Shown here piece after piece: positions 47,070 to 56,428 of a stretch of DNA of 64,000 bases. Positions within the stretch are counted from its first letter, which is position 1. The number at the start of each line of letters is the position of its first letter. This stretch comes from an uncultured delta proteobacterium (GTDB lineage Bacteria; Myxococcota_A; Polyangia; Polyangiales; Polyangiaceae), in the NCBI GenBank assembly GCA_963782055.1, contig CAWAIF010000003.1, forward strand, positions 5,760,001 through 5,824,000, written 5' to 3'. The notes under the pieces were generated by a model. It worked only from the letters and a program-made list of their open reading frames with translations, did no database searches and was not told where the DNA came from. Position numbers and translations under genes: made by a program.

Positions 47070-47604
47070 GATGGCGACCCTCGCCGCGCGCGATCTGGTC
47101 AACGTGCCGGGGCTGCTCAGCCTCTCCCGGCTGCCCCTCGCCGTCGCCTTCGCCCTGACGCTGGAGCATCACCCGGCGTGGGGGCTCGGCATCCTCGCCG
47201 CCGCCGGGGTGACCGATGTCGTCGACGGCTGGTACGCGCGGCGCTTCCACAAGGCGACCGCGACCGGCGCCCTGCTCGACGGCGTGATGGACAAGGTGTT
47301 CGTCCTCGCCGTGGTCGTCTCCCTCCTGCTCGGCGAACGCCTCTCACCCGGCGAGGCTGTGGCGTTCGCGACGCGCGATGTCGGCGAGGCGGCGCTCGCC
47401 ATCTACATCGCCGCCCGCGGGCGGGCGTTCCGCTCGCGCGTGCGGCACTCCAACCTGGCGGGCAAGCTCACCACGCTGCTCCAGGTGACCGCGCTCTTCG
47501 CCGTGCTCTTCGGCTGGCACGCGCTGCCGTGGATCATCGCCTGCGCCGTGATGGGCGCCGTCGCCGCCGCCACCTACTGGGCCCGCGAGCTGCGGGCGAA
47601 GTGA
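47070..47604 (+). CDS. CDP-alcohol phosphatidyltransferase
   Basis: NVPGLLSLSR, TDVVDGWYARR...GALLDGVMDK signature; GTG at 47068 or ATG nearby. Confidence 0.88.
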
Positions 47605-47615
47605 AGGCGGGGCAG

Positions 47616-47687
47616 AGGCGCGGATGGGATTCGAACCCACGTATGACGGTTTTGCAAACCGTTGCCTAACCACTTGGCTACCGCGCC
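47616..47687 (-). tRNA. tRNA-Cys (GCA)
   Basis: GGCGCGGTAGCCAAGTGGTTAGGCAACGGTTTGCAAAACCGTCATACGTGGGTTCGAATCCCATCCGCGCCT; CCA not encoded. Confidence 0.96.
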
Positions 47688-47916
47688 AGCCGGCATCCTG
47701 TGTAGCCGGCGCGCGTTCCCGCTGCAAGCGCCCCAATCCCGCCGAGCCCTCCCCCGGAGGCCGGCCACGCTGGCGAGGCCGACCGGAAGCAGGCGAACGA
47801 TCGCCAGCCGCCGGACGGGCGGCGTCCGCGAGGTCACCTCGACGGCGAGGGATGGAGTGCGTTCGGGCGCGCGCGCGGAGATCACCCCGGGCCGCGGCCA
47901 GACCGTGGAGAGATGC

Positions 47917-48378
47917 TCAGGCCGCGAAGTAGAGCGTCGCGCGCTTCTCGCCCTTCTTCTTGAGGCGCTTCTTGGCGAGCCCCTCCGCCAGCGGCTTGGG
48001 AAGCTCCTTGCGCTTCATCCCGAGCGCGGCCTGGATCTTCTCCGCCCGCAGGCCGTTCTTGTTCTTCTTGAGCAGCGCCACGATGCGATCCACCTCCTTG
48101 GCGATGGCGTCGGGCGACCGGCGCATCAGACGACCGCTCTTGGCGAAGGAGGGCTTGCCCGGCGCGCTGCTCTTGGCAGCTTGGGGCGCCCGCCGGGCCG
48201 CAGCGCGACGGCTGTTTGCGCGGGGCGCCGGCCGGGCGGCACCGCCAGAGCGCGCCGCGCCACGATGGGCCGCTTGTTCTCCGACGATTTCCTCGAGAGA
48301 AGCGCTGCGTAGCGCTGCGAGTACGTCGTTGGCAAAGGCAGAGGCTAGTGCTTCGAGATGGTTGTGGAGGGTGGCCAT
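47917..48378 (-). CDS. Basic DNA-binding protein (N-terminal helix, Ala/Arg/Lys linker, C-terminal winged-helix-like domain)
   Basis: RRSPDAIAKEVDRIVALLKKNKNGLRAEKIQAALGMKRKELPKPLAEGLAKKRLKKKGEKRATLYF. Confidence 0.7.
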   Translation of the reverse strand: MATLHNHLEALASAFANDVLAALRSASLEEIVGEQAAHRGAARSGGAARPAPRANSRRAAARRAPQAAKSSAPGKPSFAKSGRLMRRSPDAIAKEVDRIVALLKKNKNGLRAEKIQAALGMKRKELPKPLAEGLAKKRLKKKGEKRATLYFAA

Positions 48379-48489
48379 GGGGCAAAAGTGTATACTCCCT
48401 AGGGTGTAGATTGAAACCGCGATGTGACCTCCGCGGCCAGTTTTTGGGGGGCTCGACGCGGGCCCTGGCTCCCGGCTAAACAGGCCGCC

Positions 48490-49767
48490 ATGCGCCTTCC
48501 CACGAGCGGGGCCTTCTATCTGACCCTCGGGGTCGTGGTCTTTGGCGCCGGGGCTGCCGCCCTGCAGCTGCGCGGCCCGGCCCGTATTCCCGTCGAGAAC
48601 GGGGTGGTTTCGCGCGCGCCGGACGCGCAGGTCGCCGTGGAGCCGGCCATCGCAGGGGCTCAGGACGGGCACGTGGCGGTGACCTGGATGGCCCTGCCCG
48701 GGGGGCGGGACGGGGCCCGCGCCGCCTACCTCGGCCTGCGGACCTCGGCCGACAGCGGCAAGACCTGGTCGGACATGAGGCGCGTGCGCTCCCCTGGCGA
48801 TCGGGCCGCGGCTGATCCCTCCCTCGTCGCGGTGAAGGGGGGCGGCTTCGTCCTCGTGTGGCTGGGCGTGCCCGGCGCGGGCGGCACCGACCCGAAGGGC
48901 GAGCTCGATGCGGGTGGAGAGCAGGTGTACCTCGCGCGCATCGACCCGGGGGGTGGCGTGGGCGCGCCGGAGCCTCTGGCGACGCCCGGACGGACCTACG
49001 AGCATCCCTGCGCCGTGGCGCTGCCCGATGGCCGGGTGGCCGTGGCCTACGCCTTCGCGGGATCGCAGGGCTCCGGCGTGGAGATCGCCACGGTCGCGCA
49101 GGCTCAGGCCCCCACCCGCAAGGTGCTCGCGACGAAGGCCGCGGCGGACTACCCGGGCCTGTGCGCCGACGCATCGGGCGCGGTCATGCTCGTCTTCCGC
49201 GACGCCACCCGCGGGATCGTCGCCGCGCCCGACGCGCTCGGCGCCGCGAAGCCCCTGGAGGCGGCGGCCTCGCTGCCCGCCGAGCGCGTCGCGCGCGGCA
49301 GGCCTCAATGCTGGGTGAGCGGACACGAGGCGTGGGTGACGTACGCCACGGGCGACGTCACCAGCCCCAAGGAGACGACCTCTCTCGTCGACACGCTGGA
49401 GGTCGCCCGCTCCATCGACGGCGGCAGGGCCTTCCGCAAGCGCGCGGGCTTCCGCCCCGGGCCGCGCATGATGCTGCCCACCGTGCTGCGCGACGATGGC
49501 GGCTTCCTGCTCGTCGCCGTGACCGGGAGCGGGCGCAACGACGCACACGCGCAGGTGAGCGCCATCCACCTCGCCGCCGACGGCTCCAGCCAGAAGGGGC
49601 TGACCGAGACGGTGCTCTCGCCGGTGGAGATGGTGGTGCGCGCCGCGCAGCCCGGCTTCATGGGCGACTACGTCGGCGTCGCGCGCGTCGGCAAGTCCGC
49701 GCTCGCCGCGCTGGTCGACAACCACGAGGGCCCGCCGCGCGTGACCGTCGTGCCCGTCCCGCGGTGA
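48490..49767 (+). CDS. Exported BNR/Asp-box (sialidase-like) beta-propeller protein
   Basis: Signal/TM; SADSGKTW and SIDGGRAF Asp-boxes; GDY near the C-terminus. Confidence 0.65.
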   Translation: MRLPTSGAFYLTLGVVVFGAGAAALQLRGPARIPVENGVVSRAPDAQVAVEPAIAGAQDGHVAVTWMALPGGRDGARAAYLGLRTSADSGKTWSDMRRVRSPGDRAAADPSLVAVKGGGFVLVWLGVPGAGGTDPKGELDAGGEQVYLARIDPGGGVGAPEPLATPGRTYEHPCAVALPDGRVAVAYAFAGSQGSGVEIATVAQAQAPTRKVLATKAAADYPGLCADASGAVMLVFRDATRGIVAAPDALGAAKPLEAAASLPAERVARGRPQCWVSGHEAWVTYATGDVTSPKETTSLVDTLEVARSIDGGRAFRKRAGFRPGPRMMLPTVLRDDGGFLLVAVTGSGRNDAHAQVSAIHLAADGSSQKGLTETVLSPVEMVVRAAQPGFMGDYVGVARVGKSALAALVDNHEGPPRVTVVPVPR

Positions 49768-49831
49768 TCGGCCCACCCTTCGCGCCATCGGCCGGTCTTC
49801 GGTCGGACGTCGAAGTGGGTGCACACCCCTC

Positions 49832-51103
49832 TCAGACCCGGCGCAGGACCTCGACGCCGTTCATGTACGGCACCAGCGCCTTCGGCAACGTCACGCTGCC
49901 GTCGGGGTTCTGGTGGTTCTCCAGCAGCGGGATGAGGATGCGCGGGCTGGCGATCGCGGTGTTGTTGAGCGTGTACGGGTAGCCGAGCGAGCCATCCGGC
50001 ATGCGCAGGCGGATGTTGGATCGGCGCGCCTGGAAGTCGCCCAGCGTGGAGCACGAGTGCGTCTCGCTGTAGGCGTTGCGGCTCGGCATCCACGACTCCA
50101 CCTCGTGCTTGCGCGTCTGGCCGAGGCCGATCTCGCCCGTGCAGGCGATGGCCACGCGGTAGGGGATCTCCAGCTTCTCCAGCACCGCCTCGGCGTTGCC
50201 CAGGAGCTGGTAGTGCTCCTTCTCCGCGACCGCCTCGTCCGGAAGACAGAAGACCACCTGCTCCACCTTGGTGAACTGGTGGACGCGGTAGAGGCCCTTG
50301 GTGTCCTTGCCGTGCGCGCCCGCCTCGCGGCGGAAGCACGGGGAGATGCCGGCGTAGCGCATCGGCAGCTTCGCCGCGTCCAGGGTGTCGTCGCAGTGCA
50401 TGCTGACGAGGGAGACCTCGCTGGTGCCGACGAGGAACAGATCGTCGGCGGGGATGGCGTAGGCCTCCTCGCGACCCAGGGGGAAGAAGCCGGTGCCCTG
50501 CAGGGCGCGGTCCTTGACCAGCACCGGGGGGATGACGAGCTTCAGCCCGCGCGCGACGAGCACGTCGACGGTGAGGCGCGTGACCGCGAGCTCGAGGAGC
50601 GCGCCCATGCCGACCAGCGCGTAGGAGCGGCCGCCGGCGAACTTGCGCGGGCCGTCCCAGTTGACCAGGTCGAGGGTGGTCATGAGGTCGACGTGATCCT
50701 TCGGCTGGAAGTCGAAGGTGCGCGGCGTGCCGACCTTGCGGATCTCGACGTTGTCCTCCTCGCCCTTGCCGACGGGCACCTCCGGGCGCGGCACGCTCGG
50801 CACGCGGAGCATCAGCGCCTCGAAGCGCTCGTTCGCCTCCTTGAGCACCGGCTCCAGCTTCTCGATGTCCGCCTTGATCTGCTTGCCCTCCTCGATGAGC
50901 TTGGGCCGGTCCTCCTTGCTCGCCTTGGGGATCTGCGAGGCCACCTCGTTCTTGCGGGCGCGCACGCGATCCAGCTCGGCGACGGTCTCGCGGCGCGCCT
51001 TGTCGGCGGAGAGGAGCTCGTCGAGGTCGAGATCGAAGCGCTTGTTCTTGATCGCGGCGCGGACGGCGTCGGGGTTCTGGCGGATGAAGGCGATGTCGAG
51101 CAT
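49832..51103 (-). CDS. serS: Seryl-tRNA synthetase
   Basis: MLDI..IR, GTSEV, CFRREAG, RVHQFTKVEQ, ETHSCS, DFQARR, TLNNT. Confidence 0.97.
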   Translation of the reverse strand: MLDIAFIRQNPDAVRAAIKNKRFDLDLDELLSADKARRETVAELDRVRARKNEVASQIPKASKEDRPKLIEEGKQIKADIEKLEPVLKEANERFEALMLRVPSVPRPEVPVGKGEEDNVEIRKVGTPRTFDFQPKDHVDLMTTLDLVNWDGPRKFAGGRSYALVGMGALLELAVTRLTVDVLVARGLKLVIPPVLVKDRALQGTGFFPLGREEAYAIPADDLFLVGTSEVSLVSMHCDDTLDAAKLPMRYAGISPCFRREAGAHGKDTKGLYRVHQFTKVEQVVFCLPDEAVAEKEHYQLLGNAEAVLEKLEIPYRVAIACTGEIGLGQTRKHEVESWMPSRNAYSETHSCSTLGDFQARRSNIRLRMPDGSLGYPYTLNNTAIASPRILIPLLENHQNPDGSVTLPKALVPYMNGVEVLRRV

Positions 51104-51213
51104 GTCTGCCGGGGCGATCTAGCAGGGTCTCGGGCCGAGGCGTAGTGGGGCCGTCCGGGGCCCGCGCGGCTGGAGCATTCCGGGGCGATTCGCGCTATGT
51201 TGGACGCTGCACC

Positions 51214-51447
51214 ATGAGCACATCCAAGCCCGCGTGCGGCCCCCACACCGTCGTCGTCAACACCGAGGGCGTCCGCGTGGCGCGGTGCCCGTGCGGGACG
51301 TTCCACGTCACGCTGGTGCAGTCGGGGGTCACCGTGCAGATGTCCGCGGCGCGCATGGCGGAGCTCGGCCGCGCCATCGCGGTCGCCGTGCCCACCTCTC
51401 CCGACGGCGGGCAGGTGCGGGCGCTCGGCACGTCGTCCATCAACTGA
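51214..51447 (+). CDS. Small hypothetical protein (CPCGTFH motif)
   Basis: 77 aa with typical codon bias, upstream of the protease. Confidence 0.55.
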   Translation: MSTSKPACGPHTVVVNTEGVRVARCPCGTFHVTLVQSGVTVQMSAARMAELGRAIAVAVPTSPDGGQVRALGTSSIN

Positions 51448-51469
51448 CCCCACAGCTTCAGAGGCTCCG

Positions 51470-52669
51470 ATGACCCGCGCTTTGCTCGCGACCCGTGGTG
51501 CGTTCTTCCTCCTCGCCACGGGCCTCGCGCTGGCCTGCTCGTCCACCGCGCCGGACCCGACGGCCTCGCAGGGCGCGCCCATCATCGGCGGGAAGAACTC
51601 CGACGCGTCGCAGGACTACGTGGTGCTGCTGGTGCACTACGACCCGCAGAACCCCAACGTGGAGTCGTGCAGCGGGACACTGGTCGCGCCCAACCTGGTG
51701 CTCACCGCGCGCCACTGCGTGTCGTCCACCACCGCGCAGGCCTTCGGGTGCGACGGCAACGGCAACCTCATCGGCGGCGGCACGCAGGTGGGCGCCGACT
51801 TCAACGCCACCACCCTCTACGTCTTCACCGGGACCAACCGGCCGAACTTCGGGCAGAACGTGACGCCCGCGGCGCAGGGCCAGCAGATCTACCACGACGA
51901 CTCGAAGGTCCTCTGCAACCACGACATCGCCCTCATCCGGCTGGACCAGGAGATCCCGGGCGTGCCCATCGCGCAGATCCGGCTGGACGACCCGCCGACG
52001 GAGGGTGAGACCTTCACCGCCGTCGGCTGGGGAGTGACGGAGAAGACACCGTCCCCTTCGGTGCGCCAGCAGCGCACCGGCATCCCCATCCAGAAGCTCG
52101 GACCCTTCATGGGCGATCAGGTGACCGAGCCGGTGCCGCCGAACGACTTTTTGGTGCCAGAGTCCATCTGCAGCGGCGATAGCGGCGGGCCGGCGCTCGA
52201 CAGCGCGACGAGCGCGGTGATCGGCGTCGTCTCCCGCGGCGGCAACGGCACCTCCAACCCGAACGACCCTTCCGCCGGGTGCATCTCGGCGACGAACTTC
52301 TACACCCGCGTCGACCCCTTCAAGGACATGATCCTCGGCGCCTTCTCCGACGCCGGCCACGACCCGTGGCTGGAGGGAGGGCCGGACCCGAGCCTCGCCA
52401 AGTTCGGGGAAGCGTGCGACTCGCCGGACGCGTGCCAGTCGGGCGTGTGCCTGGACGCGCAGCAGACGTGCACGCAGGAGTGCGACCCGGACAACCCGTG
52501 CCCCGACGGCTACGACTGCCAGGACTCCGGCGGCACGTCGTACTGCTTCCCGCACGTCGACCCGCCCGCGCAGAGCGGGGGGTGCAACACGAGCGGCGGG
52601 GGATCGCGGACGGGGAGCGCGGTGCTGTTCGGGCTGGGCCTGGTCGCGCTGCTCCGCAAGCGGCGCTGA
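51470..52669 (+). CDS. Trypsin-like (S1) serine protease with Cys-rich region and MYXO-CTERM-like anchor
   Basis: LTARHC, HDIALIRL, CSGDSGGP; C-terminus GGC...LFGLGLVALLRKRR. Confidence 0.92.
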   Translation: MTRALLATRGAFFLLATGLALACSSTAPDPTASQGAPIIGGKNSDASQDYVVLLVHYDPQNPNVESCSGTLVAPNLVLTARHCVSSTTAQAFGCDGNGNLIGGGTQVGADFNATTLYVFTGTNRPNFGQNVTPAAQGQQIYHDDSKVLCNHDIALIRLDQEIPGVPIAQIRLDDPPTEGETFTAVGWGVTEKTPSPSVRQQRTGIPIQKLGPFMGDQVTEPVPPNDFLVPESICSGDSGGPALDSATSAVIGVVSRGGNGTSNPNDPSAGCISATNFYTRVDPFKDMILGAFSDAGHDPWLEGGPDPSLAKFGEACDSPDACQSGVCLDAQQTCTQECDPDNPCPDGYDCQDSGGTSYCFPHVDPPAQSGGCNTSGGGSRTGSAVLFGLGLVALLRKRR

Positions 52670-52679
52670 TCCGCGCCGG

Positions 52680-53504
52680 TCACTGCGCCATGCCCGTCGT
52701 GCAGAAGGCGCCGCCCGGGTAGCTCTGCGCGGCCGCGAGGCAGATGCTGCTGGCGACGCACATGCTGTAGTGGTCGGCGGTCGCCTGCGACGCGCTGTCG
52801 AGCGTGTAGGTGAGGCACATGCGCCCGTTGTCGAGGGTGGAGCAGAACCCGCCGTCCCCGCGCTGGCAAGGCAGGGCATCGGTGGTGTTGTACGTATCCT
52901 GGCACATGCTGACCGGGTGAAGCGGCGATCGGCCGGTGCAGGTCTGGTGCGCCGGGTCGGGACAGGCCCCACAAGCGCCGCCGCACAGGTTCAGGCCGGC
53001 GGAGACCGGCGGGCAGGTCGTCGGTGGCGGGGGGATGGGCGCGCCGGTGTAGGCGCTACGATCGGAGTAGAGGGCGAGGTCGGGCCGGCCGTTCAGGGCG
53101 TAGAGCTGTGCCAGCTCCTCCTTCACACAACCGGTGAGGGGACTGCAGCTAGGACATTCCCAAATCGTGCCGTTCAGCGCGCCGTCCGGACACTGCCACT
53201 CGTTGCCATCAGGAGGTTCGGGATCGGTACCTCCCTGGCACACCCGAAGAGCCCCCCCATCGGTACCCAGTTGCGGTGGGGCACATTGCGAACAGTCGGC
53301 TCCACACTGATTTGGACCGCCGCAGATGAGGATGCCGCTCGGGGAGCTGCACTTGGTCCACCCGCCTCCATCGCCGCCGCCGCCGCCGTCGGACAGGCCC
53401 CCGTCGGCGGCGCCTCCGTCGTCACCGGCGCCGATCCGCCCGCCGCAACCCAGGACGCCGGCGACGAGCAACGCGAACAGCACGCTCTCGTAGGGCACGT
53501 TCAC
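52680..53504 (-). CDS. Cys-rich lipoprotein
   Basis: GTG start overlapping upstream TGA; lipobox VLGC; DGG linker; many Cys. Confidence 0.65.
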   Translation of the reverse strand: MNVPYESVLFALLVAGVLGCGGRIGAGDDGGAADGGLSDGGGGGDGGGWTKCSSPSGILICGGPNQCGADCSQCAPPQLGTDGGALRVCQGGTDPEPPDGNEWQCPDGALNGTIWECPSCSPLTGCVKEELAQLYALNGRPDLALYSDRSAYTGAPIPPPPTTCPPVSAGLNLCGGACGACPDPAHQTCTGRSPLHPVSMCQDTYNTTDALPCQRGDGGFCSTLDNGRMCLTYTLDSASQATADHYSMCVASSICLAAAQSYPGGAFCTTGMAQ

Positions 53505-54001
53505 TGGACGGCCACGTCGCAGTCGTACTTGTCCGGATTCGACGAGACCTTCTTGCAGTTGGTCGCCGAGTAGGTCTTGCCGTCGAACGTCGCCCTGACG
53601 AACGCTCGCCGCTGGGGCAAGAAGATGGAAGGCCCGGCTGCCGGCACACCGTAGTGCGGGGGATCGCACATCTGGCCGAGGCCCTGCGCGTAGGTGAGCG
53701 CGCCGCGTGCCGTGAGGTCCTCCAGGATGAGCCACGCCACGAAGGAGGGGTTGTCGTACTCCTTGTCCTCGTCGACGAAGACCAGCTCGACGCCGTCCGG
53801 AAAGACGTTGAGTCGCCGCGCGGGCAGGGTGTACCGGCATACGTTGTTCCCGTTGAGACGCGGCACGCAGCGGGGGGTCTTGTACATCGACCCGACCAAC
53901 CCCGTCGCCCTCATGAACATACGCATCGTCGTCCTCCCGTCAGCAGTTGCCCACGCGATGGCGTGGCAGACACCTTGCGCGTGCCCGTCGGCGCATGCCA
54001 C
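53501..54001 (-). CDS. Hypothetical protein, possibly a 5'-truncated remnant
   Basis: Coding-like 3' part with Cys residues but no signal peptide; coupled to the downstream lipoprotein. Confidence 0.4.
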   Translation of the reverse strand: MACADGHAQGVCHAIAWATADGRTTMRMFMRATGLVGSMYKTPRCVPRLNGNNVCRYTLPARRLNVFPDGVELVFVDEDKEYDNPSFVAWLILEDLTARGALTYAQGLGQMCDPPHYGVPAAGPSIFLPQRRAFVRATFDGKTYSATNCKKVSSNPDKYDCDVAVQ

Positions 54002-54094
54002 TGAAAGGTTTCTAGTGACTAGTGATCGGCACGTGCGGGCGAGCGGCGAGCATCATCCTCCAGCTCCCGCCACCGCGCCCTCACTCTCGGTCGC

Positions 54095-54859
54095 TCAAGG
54101 CGTCTCGGCGTTGACGATCGCGACCGCGTCCAGGTCGAAGCCGGCGTTGTTGCTGCGGAGCTTCGGGTCGGTCGGGCATGTCTCGTAGCCCATGTCGCGG
54201 ACTCGCACGTAGCGCGCGCGCGTCACGCCCACGTCGGCGAGGTCGAAGGCGTCGCCGCCGCACGCCGGGTAGTCCACCGGGGAGATCGTCCCGTTGCGTG
54301 CAGAGTACACGGGATGCCAGCCGGCGCACGCCCCGTACGGCGCCTGCGTCGCGGTGCAGGGGAACGTGTGCCAGGTCTGCCCATCGTCGCTCACGCTGAC
54401 CTCCCCCGGCTCGGCGTAGACGTCATCCGGGTTGCCGCCGATGTCGAAGGCGTTCTCGAAGACGACGAAGTCGACGCCCGGCCCGTCGACGATGGCGTTG
54501 GGCGCGAAGGAGAGCTCGATGCTGCCGCCGACGCCGAGCGACACCACGTCCAGGCTGCCCTGCGAGTCGCCGGCGCCGTCGGGCGGGCCCATCACGATCC
54601 CGGGGAGCTCCGGCGCGCCGAAGCCGCCGCAGTGGCCGGGGGTGAAGGAGACGACGGAGGTGACGAAGCGGTCGGCGCGGACGGTGCCTCCGTCGGGCAG
54701 CGGGTAGCCGCCGTCGAGGGGCGCGAGGCCGGCGTCGGCGGGGGGACCGGCGTCGCCGAAGGAGATCACGCCGGCGTCGGCGGCGGGGCCGGAGGGCGCG
54801 GGCGAGGAGCACGCGAGGGCGAGCGCGGGGAGCGCGAGCAGGAGCGATCTTCGAGCCAC
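54095..54859 (-). CDS. Cell-surface lipoprotein under cobalamin-riboswitch control
   Basis: Lipobox ALAC; VSLGVGGSIEL, DGPGVDFVVFENAF, GGDAFDLAD, YVRVRD, GFDLDAV. Confidence 0.75.
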   Translation of the reverse strand: MARRSLLLALPALALACSSPAPSGPAADAGVISFGDAGPPADAGLAPLDGGYPLPDGGTVRADRFVTSVVSFTPGHCGGFGAPELPGIVMGPPDGAGDSQGSLDVVSLGVGGSIELSFAPNAIVDGPGVDFVVFENAFDIGGNPDDVYAEPGEVSVSDDGQTWHTFPCTATQAPYGACAGWHPVYSARNGTISPVDYPACGGDAFDLADVGVTRARYVRVRDMGYETCPTDPKLRSNNAGFDLDAVAIVNAETP

Positions 54860-54947
54860 CGGGACCTCCAGCCGCGTGGCACGCGCGGCGCTCGGAGAGC
54901 GGCCCGGGGGATCCTTGCACCATGCAACGATTTCCGGACCGCGTCGG

Positions 54948-55104
54948 AGTGGAGGTTTTCTGGCTCCCGGATCACCCTCCCCGTCGCGCCTTCCCCTCGC
55001 CTCGCGGCAAAAGTGGCCTTCGCGACGGTTCGTCCCCGGTCACAGCGGCGGCACCGCGTCGGACTCGCACCGACTTCCCTACGTCTCGACGAGGCACCTC
55101 GTAG
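54948..55104 (-). promoter_or_regulatory. Cobalamin (B12) riboswitch
   Basis: Minus strand AGGTGC...AGGGAAGTCGGTGCGAGTCCGACGCGGTGCCGCCGCTGTGA...GCCACT...GGGAAGGC...GAGCCAGAAAACCT (B12-box). Confidence 0.9.
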
Positions 55105-55279
55105 CACGCGCCCAGGCCGCTTGCACGTCTCGCCTGCCTTGACGCCCAACTGATGACTAGGTAGCGTCGCGCGCGCCGCGGTCCGGACCATGGCCACGGC
55201 CAGCGGAGGACGGGCTTCGTGGCCGCTCCCGGCCGCGGATCGCGCATCGACTGCAAGCCTGCCGGGGGTTCGAGAAGCC

Positions 55280-56410
55280 ATGAAGACCACGCCCGTTCTG
55301 CTCGCGGGGCTGTCCCTCGCCACGCTCCTCGCCTGCGTCGGGGACTCGCCGAACGCCCCGGCCGACGCCGGTGGCACGCCGGAGGCTGCGGCGCCGGGGA
55401 CCGAAGGTCAGCCGTGCTACCCCAACCACACGTGCGAGGCGACGCTCACGTGCGTGAGCAACGTCTGCGTCCAGCTCGGGGGCGACGCGGGACCGGACGC
55501 CGCGGCAGACGCCCCGACCGACGCCCCGACCGACGCGGCGCCGGACGCCGGCTGCGGACTGACGACCTGCCCGGTGGTGCTCGCCTCGGGCCAGAGCACT
55601 CCAGAAAGCATCGCGGTGGATGGGACCAGCGTCTACTGGGCCAATCAGGTGGCGAGCACGGGCACCGTCATGAAGGTGGCCAAGAGCGGCGGGAGCCCCG
55701 TGCCGCTCGCCACCGGGCAGGACTTGCCGGAGGCTGTGGTCTCCGACGGGACCGACGTGTTCTGGACGACAGCCCCGCTGCAGTCGGCCGGCGCCATCAT
55801 GAAGGTCCCGGTTGGGGGCGGGAGCGTGACGGCCCTGGCGTCCGGCCTCCATCACGACTGGGCGCTCGCCGTCGACTCGCTCTACGTCTACTACACCGCC
55901 TCCAACGCCATCTGGCGCGTGCCGATCGCGGGGGGTGCGCCTTCCACGATCTCGCCCCAGCTCACCAACGAAGCGGTCACCGTCTCCGTCGACGCCCAGA
56001 GCGTGTACTTCGGCGACAGCGTTGGCCAGGTGCAGAAGCTCCCGCTCGGTGGAGGAAGCGTGACCGCGCTCTCCGGCCCCACCGCGGACTTCGTCGCCGA
56101 GCTGGTGGTGGACAGCACGAACGTCTACTGGGCCACCGACAAGGCGGGCTACGTGCGGGAGATGGGCAAGGACGGCTCCAACCCGATCAACATCGGCACG
56201 CACCAGACTCCGCCGGGAGGTCTGGCCGTGGACGCGCAGTTCGTCTACTGGGCCGACTTGACCGCCGGCACCGTTCTTCGCGCCCCCATCGGGGGCGGCA
56301 GCGTCCAGAAGATTGCGCAAGCGCAGGTCGCGCCTGGCGCCATCGCCGTCGACGCGCAGTACGCCTACTGGACCAACGGCGACGGCACCATCAAGAAGGT
56401 CGCCAAGTAG
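55280..56410 (+). CDS. Lipoprotein with YW-type (AVD..VYW) beta-propeller repeats
   Basis: Lipobox LLAC; about six repeats of (I/L)AVD...VYW. Confidence 0.8.
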   Translation: MKTTPVLLAGLSLATLLACVGDSPNAPADAGGTPEAAAPGTEGQPCYPNHTCEATLTCVSNVCVQLGGDAGPDAAADAPTDAPTDAAPDAGCGLTTCPVVLASGQSTPESIAVDGTSVYWANQVASTGTVMKVAKSGGSPVPLATGQDLPEAVVSDGTDVFWTTAPLQSAGAIMKVPVGGGSVTALASGLHHDWALAVDSLYVYYTASNAIWRVPIAGGAPSTISPQLTNEAVTVSVDAQSVYFGDSVGQVQKLPLGGGSVTALSGPTADFVAELVVDSTNVYWATDKAGYVREMGKDGSNPINIGTHQTPPGGLAVDAQFVYWADLTAGTVLRAPIGGGSVQKIAQAQVAPGAIAVDAQYAYWTNGDGTIKKVAK

Positions 56411-56428
56411 CGAGCTCGACCGCTCCGC

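Noticed and set aside
43900..47690. Genomic island integrated at tRNA-Cys (or tRNA-His)
   Set aside because: No integrase and no duplicated tRNA 3' end found by eye; codon usage is mostly native
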